The notes: a model not told the origin generated them from the sequence alone. Shown: positions 19,285-30,600, numbered from the stretch's first letter. The stretch: DNA of 64,000 nucleotides from an uncultured bacterium (GCA_965368975.1 CBDUPA010000001.1:480001-544000); one strand, 5' to 3'. Program-made: numbers and translations.

Positions 19285-20112
19285 CTACGGGTCCAACACG
19301 ACGCAGAGCCCGTAGTGATCCGAGGCGTAGACGCCGTTGCTGTTCGGCTTCGTACCGATGCGCTCGATGCTGGTAACTCTTGCTGCAACGTCCGCGCTGG
19401 CCCAGCAGTAGTCGATACGCTTGGTGGCATCGCCAGCTGCGTAGGTGTATCCGTCTTCGTCTGAGTGCAGTTGTACCCAAAGATCAACGAATCCAGCGTC
19501 CCTCAGGGCCTGCAAGGCACTGTTGTCCGGCGTCGCGTTGAAGTCTCCGACCAGCATCTGTGGAGTGCCGAAGCGCTGCATGTAGGCCAGCGTTTCGGAG
19601 ACGTTGTCGGTCAGGCACGCCTGGTCGTAGCTGAAATGGGCGTTGAAGAAATAAAGCACGCTGTCCGAGTCGGGGACGGCGGCGAACTGGGTGCTGCGGC
19701 GATTGTTGTCGCCGCAGGAGTTGTTCTTGCTCAGGAAGAGCGTGCCTGTCTCGACGATGCCGGGACGCGAGAGGATGGTGAGCCCTTCCCAGAAGGCGCC
19801 CGTCTCGACGTCCGGGTAGCGCCAGGGGTTCTGCTGGCCGTTCTGGATCGGGTAGTACATCGCCGGCTGCGTGACGATCGCCGTGCCGGCCCAGTTCTGA
19901 CCCTCCGGGTTGTCGTGAATGGCGGCCAAGACTTCTTCGCCCATGTTCTGGTAGCTGGTCTGGGTCGATTCCTGGGTTGGGTCGAAGCGGACTTCCTGCA
20001 AGCCGACGACATCGGCGTCAAGGTCGATGAGGTCCTGCGCGATCATTTGCACGCGCTGGTCCCAGTCACCGTGGTCGTTGTAGTTGGCGATGTTGAACGT
20101 CACGAGTTTCAT
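19285..20112 (-). CDS. Endonuclease/exonuclease/phosphatase (EEP) family protein
   Basis: MKLVTFNI, DVVGLQEV, NAHF, VGDFNA, RIDY, ASDH. Confidence 0.9.
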   Translation of the reverse strand: MKLVTFNIANYNDHGDWDQRVQMIAQDLIDLDADVVGLQEVRFDPTQESTQTSYQNMGEEVLAAIHDNPEGQNWAGTAIVTQPAMYYPIQNGQQNPWRYPDVETGAFWEGLTILSRPGIVETGTLFLSKNNSCGDNNRRSTQFAAVPDSDSVLYFFNAHFSYDQACLTDNVSETLAYMQRFGTPQMLVGDFNATPDNSALQALRDAGFVDLWVQLHSDEDGYTYAAGDATKRIDYCWASADVAARVTSIERIGTKPNSNGVYASDHYGLCVVLDP

Positions 20113-20173
20113 CAAGGGTCCTCTCGGAAAACGGTGGATGGATCGATGTGCAGTCTTGTAGGAAGCTACCGGC

Positions 20174-20878
20174 TCAGCCGTCCCTCTCCTGCCGGCGCTC
20201 TCGTGCCTTGCTCCCGCCGTTGTCTTCGTCCTCATCCTGTTTCTTCACCGTCGTCTCAGGCTTGAAGACCAGCTTGATGGTATGTACATTCTCCTTGACG
20301 CGTGTACGCCCGAGCGTCAGGTCGACATCGAGGAGCTCGACGGTGACCGAACCTTCGAGGGTGTACTCGAGGGCGAATTCCAACTCGACGGCGATGTCGC
20401 TCGTCGTGTAGGTCTCGCCTTCTGCAGTAGCGTCTAGCGCTTGCAGCCCATCCTGCACGCCCTGCGTGGCCAGGATCGCTGCGTCGAACCCCTTGCGGAG
20501 GTCTGCGACCAGGCTGGGGTGCGGGATGGTGGGCCGGTGAGTTCGGTGGTCTTCGCCTGCGGGCGGCTTGAGATCGACGGTGACGATTTGCGTGTAAGTT
20601 CTTTCTCGCGACCCTTCGAGCGTGACCACCAGAACCGCAACCTCGCCCGAGTCCGTGGTTTCGACGATGGTCTCGAGGGCGACCTCGATGGAGGAGAGTT
20701 CAAGCCCGAGCTGGTGGTACTGCGTGTACGACTGGGCAGCGGCTTCGTCGATGGCCCACAAGAGGTGTTCTACGGCGATGTCGACCGGTTCCGGCTTGAT
20801 CGGCATGGTGGATTTGCAGCCAGCGAGTGCCAGGTACAGCACGCCGCTGGCGATGAGAGCTGCGCGGGAGGTCTGCAT
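20174..20878 (-). CDS. Lipoprotein with two Trypco2-like (trypsin co-occurring) domains
   Basis: Lipobox LAGC; two repeats of a helix + 'IEVALETIVE...TQIVTVDLKP' / 'VELEFALE...VHTIKLVFKP' pattern. Family call is tentative. Confidence 0.5.
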   Translation of the reverse strand: MQTSRAALIASGVLYLALAGCKSTMPIKPEPVDIAVEHLLWAIDEAAAQSYTQYHQLGLELSSIEVALETIVETTDSGEVAVLVVTLEGSRERTYTQIVTVDLKPPAGEDHRTHRPTIPHPSLVADLRKGFDAAILATQGVQDGLQALDATAEGETYTTSDIAVELEFALEYTLEGSVTVELLDVDLTLGRTRVKENVHTIKLVFKPETTVKKQDEDEDNGGSKARERRQERDG

Positions 20879-20914
20879 TGGAAGTCCTTCATGGCCCCGA
20901 ATCGAACGGGACAT

Positions 20915-22498
20915 CTAGTGGTCCTCGTACTTGGACAGATAGCGGAACTCGCCGTCCGCCCCCTTCTCGATCTGGTAGATGTCCCAGACGTCGTTGCCGC
21001 GCTTCTTTTCCAGCTTCTGGGCCATGACGATGCGCTTGCCATCGGTGCGCAGGTTGATCGCACCGTAGACGTCGACACTGCGCGCCAGTTTCTTCCAGTG
21101 CCGCTCCTGCTCGGTCTCCAGCGCCCGGACTTTTTCTTTCAGGTTGTCCTTCTCGGTCGGGGTCAGGTCGGTGGCCTTCAGCCGAGCCTTGAAGGTCGAG
21201 ATCTCGACCGCCAGTGCGTCGAGCTTGCGGCGGATCTGCAAGGGGATCTCGACGCGCTCGCCGCTGGATCTGGCCAGCTCGGTGTTGAACATCAGGGAGC
21301 GTACGCCGCGTGAATACTTACCGACGGTACCGAGAGTGTCGGCGCGCGGGTGGGAGTGGCTTTCTGCATCGCCGCTGGAGATCACAGTGACCAGGGGATA
21401 GGTGGCGGCGAGGTAGGGGCGGTAGAAGTCGGCGCTGCCGTGATGACACGACTTGGCGACGTCGACCTGGAACGTCTTGCGCGCCTCGTCCAGGAACGCA
21501 GTGTACTTTTTCGGCTTGCTCTCGCTGGGGATATCGAGCCCCGTGTGGTGCTGGAGCAGGAGCTGTTCCGAGGGGATGTTGAGGTCACCGCCGAGCAGGA
21601 TCGAAACGTCCCCATAGACCACCTTGAAGACCACCGAGTGGCCATTCTTGGTCTTGCCCTTGTCGCCCAGCCAGCGCAGCCCGGGCAACGCGTGTCCGAT
21701 GTCTTCCGCTACCGGGCCGAGGATTTGCATCGATAGTGTCTCGTCGGCCTCGTAACCGGGCACGAAGCCGCCGTTGGTGGTGACATCGAGCATGTCGAAG
21801 TCGCCGAACGAACCGTTCTGCCGCCCCTTGTCGAGCATCGCCGGGTACATCTTGTCGCGCTTGCGGGTGTTCGGCGGGGCGCGCCAAAGGTCGGAGTTGA
21901 GAAAGGCGTCGAGGTCGGCGCGGTTGCGCACCAGGTCGGTCAGGTAGCTGCGCCGTCCGTGCCGCGCCTTGGTGCCGAGCTGGTTGGACGACGAGCCCTG
22001 CCGCTCCAGGATCCCGTTGTGGTAGAAGCGTTTGAAACGAACCTTGGGATCGTCGAAGAAGGCGTCGAAGCCGCCGTAGTGGTCGGAGTCCGGGTGGGAG
22101 ATGACGCCGGTGAACTCGACCGGATCTTGCTGCTTGCGGAACTTGTAGCGCCAGGCCAGGAAGCGGTACATGTTGTCGCCCAGACCGGCGTCGATCACGA
22201 AGTGCTCATCGTCCGGCGTCACCAGCAAGCAGCCGTCGCCCTGGCCGATGTCGACGAAGACGACCTCCAGAATGCGCTCCTTCTGGAACGTTCCGGGCAC
22301 CATCCAGCCCTGGATCTTTTTACGAATCTGGACCTTCTGGAAGCCGTTCTTCTGACTGCCGGGGCCGTCCAGGACTTTGACGTATTGCCCCCACAGCAGG
22401 TGGGCGAGCACGTCGCCCTTGGGTTTGTCGATCGTGCCCTCCGGCTTGGCGTAAACGTAGGCGGAAGGGTAGGCCGCGAAGTGTTTGCCGGACGCCAT
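20915..22498 (-). CDS. ComEC/Rec2-like metallo-beta-lactamase-fold hydrolase with SH3-like N-terminus
   Basis: FVDIGQGD, IDAG, SHPDSDH, NGHSVV, LLGGDL, SCHHGS, ISSG...HSHP; coiled-coil near the C-terminus; GAGGAG SD. Confidence 0.85.
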   Translation of the reverse strand: MASGKHFAAYPSAYVYAKPEGTIDKPKGDVLAHLLWGQYVKVLDGPGSQKNGFQKVQIRKKIQGWMVPGTFQKERILEVVFVDIGQGDGCLLVTPDDEHFVIDAGLGDNMYRFLAWRYKFRKQQDPVEFTGVISHPDSDHYGGFDAFFDDPKVRFKRFYHNGILERQGSSSNQLGTKARHGRRSYLTDLVRNRADLDAFLNSDLWRAPPNTRKRDKMYPAMLDKGRQNGSFGDFDMLDVTTNGGFVPGYEADETLSMQILGPVAEDIGHALPGLRWLGDKGKTKNGHSVVFKVVYGDVSILLGGDLNIPSEQLLLQHHTGLDIPSESKPKKYTAFLDEARKTFQVDVAKSCHHGSADFYRPYLAATYPLVTVISSGDAESHSHPRADTLGTVGKYSRGVRSLMFNTELARSSGERVEIPLQIRRKLDALAVEISTFKARLKATDLTPTEKDNLKEKVRALETEQERHWKKLARSVDVYGAINLRTDGKRIVMAQKLEKKRGNDVWDIYQIEKGADGEFRYLSKYEDH

Positions 22499-22841
22499 GA
22501 TGGGCTCCTCATTCGAGTGGGTTTGAGGATTTCGTCTTGATTCAAGTCACTGAAGTATAGCAGGTCTCCTGCTGTGCCTCTGGGCAGAGTCACTCCGTGG
22601 CCACGGACATGCCGGTGGACGCGAACGGACGGGCACGGACGTCCGCGGACACAACCAAGGGTCCGTAATCGCTGATTCTTAGGCCTTTGGTCCCGGCATG
22701 TTTCTTGCCCTTGGAGAGGGTGCCCGTGGCTCGATCGAGCTGCCCCTGTCGAGCGGATACATCGACGAAGTACCACCAACCCGGCAAAGGCCGGGGAACG
22801 CACGGCAGGGGAATCCATCACCTTCCATGGAGGACGCCTCG

Positions 22842-25511
22842 ATGCTCTTTCCTACCTTGAACGCCGTGCTCCGGTGTTCTTTCCGAGTCCTGACTCTCAT
22901 CCTCGTCTGTACCGCGTTACCGATCGCCGCTGCTGCCGCACCCTGCGCCGGCAGTGACTTGCAAGGCACGGTATTCCGCGACTACAACGCCGATGGTGCC
23001 TTCAGCGTCGGCAACACCGAATACGGCATCGGCGGTGCCATCGTCACCGCGACGTCTGCCGACGGCTCGTCGAGCAGCTGCGAGACGCTGGCCGACGGTA
23101 GTTACGGCCTCGACGCGCCAGCCGGCGGCTTCCCGCTGCGCGTCGAGGTGACGCTGCCGTCCGGTGGTGCCTTCGACTTCCTGGAACCGGGAGCTGCCGG
23201 GCTCACTTCTACGTTCTTCGCCTCGGGTGTCTCGATGGGGCTGGACGTCGGCTTCAACGAGCCACTCGACTACTGCCAGGCCAACCCGGACATCATGGCC
23301 TCCTGCTTCTTGCAGGGAGATCCGCTGTTTCCCGGATCGGCGGCGTCAATGGGAGATACCGTGGTGTCGGTGGACTACAACCGTACGGTGGTGCCACCAA
23401 ATCACTTGGCAGTCGGCAGCCAGGTCGGAGCAGTCTGGGGCTTGGCTTACCAGCGCTCGAGCCAGAAGCTCTTTGCCTCTGCCGTACTGCGGCGCCACGC
23501 GGGCTACGGCCCGATGGGGCTTGCTGGCATCTATCAGCTCGACTATTCGGGCGGTGGACTGCCGGTGGTCAGCCCATTTATCGATGTCACGACGCTGGGC
23601 ATTCCGGTCGGCACGGATCCCCGCGGCATCGCTGGCGAGAATCTACCCGGAAGCGGCCCGACCGGCAACGAGCCGGGGCTCGACAACCTGGCCTACGAGA
23701 ACATCGGTAAGGTCGGCATCGGTGACATCGACATCGAAGAAGACGCCAGCCGGCTGTGGCTGATGAGCCTCAGCGACCGCACGCTCTACGCCTTGGACAT
23801 CGGTCCCGACGGCGATGTACCGGCTTCGGCGACGGCGTATCCTCTGCCGGTCGTCTCGTGCGTCGAAGGGGACTTTCGGCCCTGGGCGGTAAAGCCCTAC
23901 CGCGGTCGTATGTACGTCGGTGGTGTTTGCTCGAACGAGGACATCTCGAACTATGTGGTCGCAGCCGGTTATCCTGGGTTGGTCGGCTACGTCTACTCGA
24001 TGGACCCGGCGGACGGTCTGTTCTCACTAGACCTCATCATTCCCCTCGACTACGGCAAGGGCTGCGCGGGGGGCGGCGCTGGCTGCGCCTGGTTTCCATG
24101 GACCAACCTGGCGACGCATGCGCGAGTGCCCGGAGCCCGTTTCTTTGGCTATCCGACGCCGATGTTCACGGATATTGAGTTCGCCGACGACGGAGACATG
24201 ATCCTCGGCTTCACGGATCGGACGGGCTTCCAGTACGGCACCAACTCGCCCCTGGCCAACGGCAACCCGAGCGACGCTACGGTGGGTACCGTGTTCGGCG
24301 GTGGCGACATGCTGCGTGCGGATTTCGACTCGACTACAGGTGCCTTCACGCTGGAGTCGAACGGTATCGCCGGGGGCGATGTCGGGGGCGGGTCCGGAAA
24401 CCTTCAGGGGCCGGGTGGGGGGGAGTACTACTCGGCGTCCACCGGAGGCTTCCATTTTGAGCTTTCCCAAGGAGGCTACGCGGTGCTGCGTGGTTCGAAC
24501 CACTTTGTCGGTTCTGCTGTCGATCCGGTCAGCTTCGATTCCGGGGGTATTCTCTGGATGTGGGAGAAAGGAGCCCTCGCAGGTCTGCGGGCTGCCGGCT
24601 ACACGCTGTTCAACATCGCGACTCCCGGGGGCTTCCGCAAGGGTGCCGGTGCCGCGGATGTCGAGCTGCGCTGCGAACTGGCACCGATCGAGATCGGCAA
24701 CCGCGTGTGGCAGGACGACGACTACGACGGCGTCCAGGATGCGGGCGAGCCGCCGCTGTCGGGTGTCACCGTGCGCCTGGTCTGTGCCGGTGCTGGTATC
24801 GATGTCACCACCACCACGGACGTTGATGGTAGCTACCTGTTCAGCAATGCCAACGTGCCCGGCGGTGTGCCGGCGGGGGCGGCCTGTGAAGTACAGATCA
24901 ATCCAGCCGACACAGCGCTCGGTGATCTGGGTCTGACCGCTGCCAACAGCGGCGGAAATGACCTGCACGACTCCGACGGTGTGCTGTCGGGCGGCATGGC
25001 GACCGTTGCCTTTACCACCGGTGGTGCCGGTGCCAACGACCACAGCTTCGATGTGGGTTTCGCTCCCGGCGACCTGACGCTGACCAAGACCAGCAGCCCC
25101 GCCGTGCCGGGCGGATCGATTTCGTACACCATGACCGTTACCAACCTGGCGCCTGGCACCGCTACCGGCGTCATGGTGACCGACAACCTGCCGGTCGAAC
25201 TATCGAACGCACACACGCTCGGCTGCCTCAACGATCCGGCCGGCGTACCGGTGTGCGACCTGGGTGATATCGCGGGCTACGGCTCGGCGGTGTATTCCAT
25301 CACCGCCAGCGTCGACGCCGCTCTGCCGGTCGGCACCGTGATCGCCAACACCGCCACCGTCTCGGCGGCGGGCGGCGACATCGTGACCAGCAACAACACC
25401 GGTTCGGCCAACGCCAGCCTGATCGCCGCCATTCCGACGCTGTCGGAGTGGGGAATGATCCTCTTCGTGTTGATGCTCGCCATCGGCGCGGTCCTGCGCC
25501 TGCGTGGCTGA
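22842..25511 (+). CDS. Surface protein with SdrD-B-like domains, DUF11 and IPTL-CTERM sorting signal
   Basis: Signal peptide; GTVFRDYNADG; IEIGNRVWQDDDYDGVQDAGE; DLTLTKT...YTMTVTN; C-terminal IPTLSEWG + TM + RLRG. Confidence 0.88.
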   Translation: MLFPTLNAVLRCSFRVLTLILVCTALPIAAAAAPCAGSDLQGTVFRDYNADGAFSVGNTEYGIGGAIVTATSADGSSSSCETLADGSYGLDAPAGGFPLRVEVTLPSGGAFDFLEPGAAGLTSTFFASGVSMGLDVGFNEPLDYCQANPDIMASCFLQGDPLFPGSAASMGDTVVSVDYNRTVVPPNHLAVGSQVGAVWGLAYQRSSQKLFASAVLRRHAGYGPMGLAGIYQLDYSGGGLPVVSPFIDVTTLGIPVGTDPRGIAGENLPGSGPTGNEPGLDNLAYENIGKVGIGDIDIEEDASRLWLMSLSDRTLYALDIGPDGDVPASATAYPLPVVSCVEGDFRPWAVKPYRGRMYVGGVCSNEDISNYVVAAGYPGLVGYVYSMDPADGLFSLDLIIPLDYGKGCAGGGAGCAWFPWTNLATHARVPGARFFGYPTPMFTDIEFADDGDMILGFTDRTGFQYGTNSPLANGNPSDATVGTVFGGGDMLRADFDSTTGAFTLESNGIAGGDVGGGSGNLQGPGGGEYYSASTGGFHFELSQGGYAVLRGSNHFVGSAVDPVSFDSGGILWMWEKGALAGLRAAGYTLFNIATPGGFRKGAGAADVELRCELAPIEIGNRVWQDDDYDGVQDAGEPPLSGVTVRLVCAGAGIDVTTTTDVDGSYLFSNANVPGGVPAGAACEVQINPADTALGDLGLTAANSGGNDLHDSDGVLSGGMATVAFTTGGAGANDHSFDVGFAPGDLTLTKTSSPAVPGGSISYTMTVTNLAPGTATGVMVTDNLPVELSNAHTLGCLNDPAGVPVCDLGDIAGYGSAVYSITASVDAALPVGTVIANTATVSAAGGDIVTSNNTGSANASLIAAIPTLSEWGMILFVLMLAIGAVLRLRG

Positions 25512-25572
25512 CGCTAGATCTAGCTTCTTGTCGAGAGTCGAGCCTGGGCATCGGTTGTAGGATGTCCAGGCT

Positions 25573-26850
25573 ATGACCTCAATAGAAAGAAGCGTGGTCC
25601 GTTCGATCTACCGGCAGCTAGGGTCTGGCCTCTGTGGGCTCGCCTGTATCCTCGCCGCCGTTGCCTGTGCCACGGTGGCCTGCGTCGCGGATAGTGGTCT
25701 CCGTCGCCCCGATGGTGTGTCAGCCGTCAGCGTCGAGGTGCCCTTCCGCTTCGAGCAGAACAAGATCGTGGTGCCGCTGTCGGTCAACGGCTCACCGCCG
25801 CTCGATTTCGTCTTCGACAGCGGCGCCTCGGTGAGCGTGCTCTTCGCCTCGCGCGTCGACGACGACCTGGCCCAGGATCTGGATCTGCGCATCATCGGTC
25901 CCGCTCAGGTGATCGGGGCTGGTGGGGGTGGCGTCGGTGGGATGGACACCGCCTGGGATGTGCGACTGGAGATCGGCGGTCTGCGCGTCACTGGCGTGCC
26001 GCTGGCCGTCCTGCGCGCCGAGTTGCCGGCGTCGGAGCTGGGGGAGCAGGGTGTTGTCGGTCGTGATCTGCTCGACCACTGGGTGGTCACGCTCGACTGG
26101 CAACATCGACACCTGCGCTTCACCGAGCCGGAGCACTTCCAGGTACCGACGACCGCGGAGATCCTGCCGCTCAGCTACCGCGACGGTCACGTCTTCGTCG
26201 AAGCCGAGGTCAACCTGGACGGCCAGCGCGGACGGCCGGTGCGGCTGGTGGTGGATAGCGGCGCTTTCCATGCCTTGGCGCTCGATGCGCGCGGCTGGGG
26301 TTCTCTGCCCACGCCGCATCTCGACGATGCGCTCCTGGGGCGCGGGCTGGCCGGCGACATTCGCGGCGGCATCGGTCGGGCGAGGTCCTTGCGCCTCGGT
26401 ACGACCGTGCTGCGCGATGTACTGATCCGCTATCCGGGGCCGGACGTGATCGAGGTCATTGCCGTCGGCAGCGATGGCAACCTGGGCGCCGAGGTGCTAC
26501 GCCGCTTCGTCGTCACCTTCGACTATCCGGGGCGACGCCTGCTGCTCGAACCTACGCCTGCCGTGACCGAAGCGTTCGCCTTCTCGACCGCCGGCTTCGC
26601 TGTTCGCTCAACGTTCACCGAGGAGGGGGCGGCGCGCATTGAGGATCTCTATGCTGACTCTCCGGCGACCGAGGCCGGTCTGCGCCGGGGCGACGAGGTG
26701 ATCCGCATTGATGGACAGCGTCCCTCCGATCTGGGGGTAGACGCTTTTCGCGCGTTGCTGCAGGGGCCGCCAGGGACGGTGTTGCAGCTAGAGGTGCAGC
26801 GCGGTACGTCGGTGCGCAGCGTCGAGCTGACGCTGCGGCGCTTGCTCTAG
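25573..26850 (+). CDS. Secreted double retropepsin-like aspartyl protease with PDZ domain
   Basis: FDSGA and VDSGA catalytic motifs; C-terminal SPATEAGLRRGDEVIRIDG (PDZ). Confidence 0.85.
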   Translation: MTSIERSVVRSIYRQLGSGLCGLACILAAVACATVACVADSGLRRPDGVSAVSVEVPFRFEQNKIVVPLSVNGSPPLDFVFDSGASVSVLFASRVDDDLAQDLDLRIIGPAQVIGAGGGGVGGMDTAWDVRLEIGGLRVTGVPLAVLRAELPASELGEQGVVGRDLLDHWVVTLDWQHRHLRFTEPEHFQVPTTAEILPLSYRDGHVFVEAEVNLDGQRGRPVRLVVDSGAFHALALDARGWGSLPTPHLDDALLGRGLAGDIRGGIGRARSLRLGTTVLRDVLIRYPGPDVIEVIAVGSDGNLGAEVLRRFVVTFDYPGRRLLLEPTPAVTEAFAFSTAGFAVRSTFTEEGAARIEDLYADSPATEAGLRRGDEVIRIDGQRPSDLGVDAFRALLQGPPGTVLQLEVQRGTSVRSVELTLRRLL

Positions 26851-26965
26851 CTCCCACATGGGGCTTTGGCAGCGGTCGTTCTCGGCTGGTTCGTTGGGGC
26901 TCGCCTGGCCGATGTGACTGCAAGGCTGGATGCCGTGTAACACCAGGACGGTCCACGCGTAATGA

Positions 26966-26994
26966 TGACCAGGGTCAAAAAATGACTCTGGTCA
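26966..26994. promoter_or_regulatory. Probable TetR operator (double palindrome)
   Basis: TGACCAGGGTCA-AAAAA-TGACTCTGGTCA just upstream of tetR. Confidence 0.7.
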
Positions 26995-27015
26995 CTTTTC
27001 TCCAAGGAGGCGAGC

Positions 27016-27627
27016 ATGGGCACGGACCGACGGCAGAAACAGAAGGCGCGGTTGCGCCGTGAGCTCTTCGAAGCGGCGCTGGCGCTGTTCGAGGAGCACG
27101 GCTACGAGGGCACCACGGTGCAGCAGATCACCGATGCGGTGCAAGTCGCGAAGGGGACCTTCTTCAACCACTTTCCGACCAAAGAGCACGTGCTGCAGCA
27201 GTGGTACAACGAGCTCACCTTCAGCTCCCTGGAAGCCGCGCGGCAGCGTGACTCGGCGAACGCGGAGGACGCCGTGTGCAGCCTCTTTGTCGACATGGCG
27301 CGTCGCGGGCAGGTGGCTCGCGGGCTGCTGGCAGCGAAGGCTCGGCACAGCTCGAATCCGTTGCTGATCGAAGCCGAGCGGACGCAGGACGAGATGGTCG
27401 ACCACTTCGTGCGCGAAGCGTTGCAAGCCGGCAAGGAGCGCGGGGAGTTCGAGGACGGCTTTGACGTGACCTTCTTCAGCGGCCTGCTCGGCGCCGTGCT
27501 CACGGGGACCTCGCGCGAGTGGGGTAGCGCGCAGCAGCAGTCGGATGTGGCGATACCTGATCTGGTGGAGCTCGTGGAGGTGCGGCTGCGCTATCTCTTC
27601 CGTGCCGCCCGGACCCTCGACGTCTGA
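27016..27627 (+). CDS. TetR/AcrR family regulator
   Basis: ALALFEEHGYEGTTVQQI...VAKGTFFNHFPTKE. Confidence 0.93.
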   Translation: MGTDRRQKQKARLRRELFEAALALFEEHGYEGTTVQQITDAVQVAKGTFFNHFPTKEHVLQQWYNELTFSSLEAARQRDSANAEDAVCSLFVDMARRGQVARGLLAAKARHSSNPLLIEAERTQDEMVDHFVREALQAGKERGEFEDGFDVTFFSGLLGAVLTGTSREWGSAQQQSDVAIPDLVELVEVRLRYLFRAARTLDV

Positions 27628-27644
27628 GCGGTAAGGAGAGCACT

Positions 27645-30600
27645 ATGTGGAAAGAGATCCTGTGCTTCGAGCTGCGCTACCAAGTGCGCCAGCCACTCTT
27701 CGTCGTCTCGCTACTGGCGTTCTTCGCGCTGGGCATCGCTCTGGCGTCCTCGGACGCCGGTGCGGCGATCGGCGATGCGCCGGGCACGTCCCTGCGCAAT
27801 GCCCCGATCGTGATCTTGCGACTGATGCCGGTGTTCAGCCTGCTGGGCTTGTTCGTCATTACTGCCTTCGCGGCCAACGCCGCGCTGCGGGACATCGAAC
27901 TCGGCAGCGAGTCGCTCTTCCGCACCAAGCCGCTGAGCCGGTTGGACTACCTCGGTGGCCGCTTCGCTGGCGCGATGATCGTTTCGTTGTTGGTCCTGGC
28001 CGCTGGCGTCCTGGGGCAGGGGCTCGGTACCTTCGCCCCCTGGCAAGCGGAAGACCGGCTGGGTCCGTTCACCCTGCTCCCGTACCTCTTTGGCTTGCTC
28101 GTGATCGTGCTGCCGAACCTTCTGGCGATGGGGGCGCTCTTCTTTGCCCTGGCGATCGCGAGCCGCCGCCTGACGTTGACCTTCCTGGCGGTGGTCTTCT
28201 TCGTCGGCATGCAGGACCTGGTCGAAACGGTCGCGCTGGGCCTGGACAATCGAGTCTGGGGCAGCCTGCTCGAACCCTCGGGCATCGTCGCTCTGGAGAC
28301 GGTGGCGCGCTACTGGAGCGTCGCGGAGCAGAGTCATCGGTTGCCAGAGCTCGCCGGGGTCCTGCTGGCCAATCGTTTGCTGTGGCTGGTCGTCGGCTTC
28401 GCTGTGCTGGCGATCACTATGGTTCGCTTCAAGGTCCTGGGAACGTCGCGGCGGGGCCGACGGCAGCGCGAGGTCGCAGCCAACCACGACCCAGCCAACC
28501 ACGACCCAGCCAACCACGACCCAGCCAATCACGGCCCAACCAGCCACGATCCGGCGACTCACGAACCAGGTCCGCGCGGCACAGCTAGGCCGATCAGGGG
28601 CCCGGCCCTGTCGCCCGCCCAGCTCGACGTTGCCTGGTCACAGCGGCTGGGGCAGCTTGTGCACCAGGTCCGGCTGGAACTCTCCGAAGTCATCCCGAGA
28701 GCCCCGTTCTTGACGCTGCTGGCCTTCGGTCTGATGTTTGTGGTCGCCTTTGCCTTCCAAGCGGGTGCCTACCAGGACATGCCGTCTTTGCCCCTGACCG
28801 AGTTGATGCTGCAGGCGATTCAGATCGGGACGCGGCTGACGTTGGTGCTGATCCTGGTCTTCTATGCTGGTGAGGTGGTGTTCAGCCAGCGGTCGCTACG
28901 GGTCGACGGTCTCTTCGACGCGCTACCGGTGCCGAACTGGTTGCTGCTGGGGGCCAAGCTGGTGACGCTGGTCGCCGTGATCGCCGTCTTCTTGCTCAGT
29001 GCCGTGGTCTGTACCGTCGGCGTGCAGCTGGTTCGGGGCTTCTTCGACGTCGATGGCGGCCTGTACCTGCAAGGCATCGTGCTGCTGGCGTTGCCTCTGC
29101 TGCTGACCACTGTGCTGGCCGTTTTTCTGCAGGTGCTGACGCAGCAGCGCATGGCCGGCTACCTGCTGACCGTGGCGGTGCTCGTCTTCAGCTTCGCCGC
29201 CCCACGCCTCGGCATCGAGAGCCATCTCTGGCTCTACGGTGGACACCCCGCCATGACCTACTCGGCGTTTACCGGCTACGGGCATCACCTGCCTTCCTAC
29301 CTTGCCTACCTGGGGTATTGGGGTTTCGCCGCCCTGGGATTGACCGTGCTGGCGCTGCTGCTATGGCAGCGCGGCACCATCGGCCCGCTACGCACGCGTC
29401 TGGCGAAGCTGTGGCACGGTAGCCCGGGACCTTCGAGCCATCTGCGGAGCCCAGTCGGCCTCGTGTTCCTGGCTGCCCTGCTCGGCATGGTGGGCAGCAC
29501 GGCCTGGATCCACGCCCACTCCAAGCTGCCGGGTGGTGGACTCGACCGCGACGGCATCCTCGGACGCCTGGCCGACTATGAACACCACTACGGCCAGTTT
29601 CGCCAGCTGCCACTGCCGCGAGTGACGTCCGTGTACGCCGAGGTCGACATCTACCCGCGGCAGCGGCGCGTCGACCTGCGCGGCCGCTACCGGCTGGAGA
29701 ACACCGGCGATGAACCCTTGCTCTCGCTGCCGGTGACGATCAACGCTCGCTGGGTCGAAGGCGTGTTGGTGGTCTACGGCGGGGTGACGCTGACCGAGGT
29801 CGAGCTGCCGGCGCACCGGGCCCGGATCGAGGATGCGGCCCGTGGCTTCTACCTCTTCGACCTCGAGCGACCTTTGCTGCCGGGGGATAGCCTCGACTTC
29901 GGCTGGTCGGTCGAAGTCGATCAACGCAGCCTGGTCAACCGGCGGCACAACGACTTGGTGATCGACAACGGCACCTTCTTCAGCGATCGCAACTTCATGC
30001 CGGTGATCGGTTACGCGGACGGCAACCGACTTCTCGATCCGCTAGAGCGTCGCAAGCGTGACCTGCCGCCGATCGTGCGTGCCGCCGACCTCGACGATGT
30101 GGATGCGGCGCAGCGCAACTACCTGCACGCGGACTGGGTCGATGTCGAAGTAATCCTGTCGACTTCGGCGGATCAGATCGCGCTGGCACCCGGTGACCTG
30201 GTGCGTCAGTGGGACGATGCCGAGAGGCCTGCTGGCAGCGGCAACGGGCGTCGCTTCTTTCACTACCGAGCTACGGCTGCAGAGGGTGCACCGATCAATC
30301 AGTTGCTGCCCTTTCTCTCCGCGGCCTACGAGGTGCGACGTGACCAGTGGGACGAGGTCGATATCGAGATCTACTACCATCCGGACCACGGCGCCAATGT
30401 CCAGCGTTTCCTGGACATCACGAAGGCGACGCTGGCCTCGCTGTCGCGCCGCTTCGGCCCGTACCCCCACCGGCAGCTACGCATCGTCGAGGCGCCGCGC
30501 ACCCACGGTGAGGTGGCGTTCTCTTTCGGCCAGACCATCGTCTTCTCGGAAGCCTGGTGCTGGAATGCCGATCTGGAGGCCGTTGATGCGCAGCTACGTG

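Noticed and set aside
22590-22787. Short minus-strand ORF between the MBL and surface-protein genes
   Set aside because: No SD or recognisable motif; probably divergent promoter DNA.
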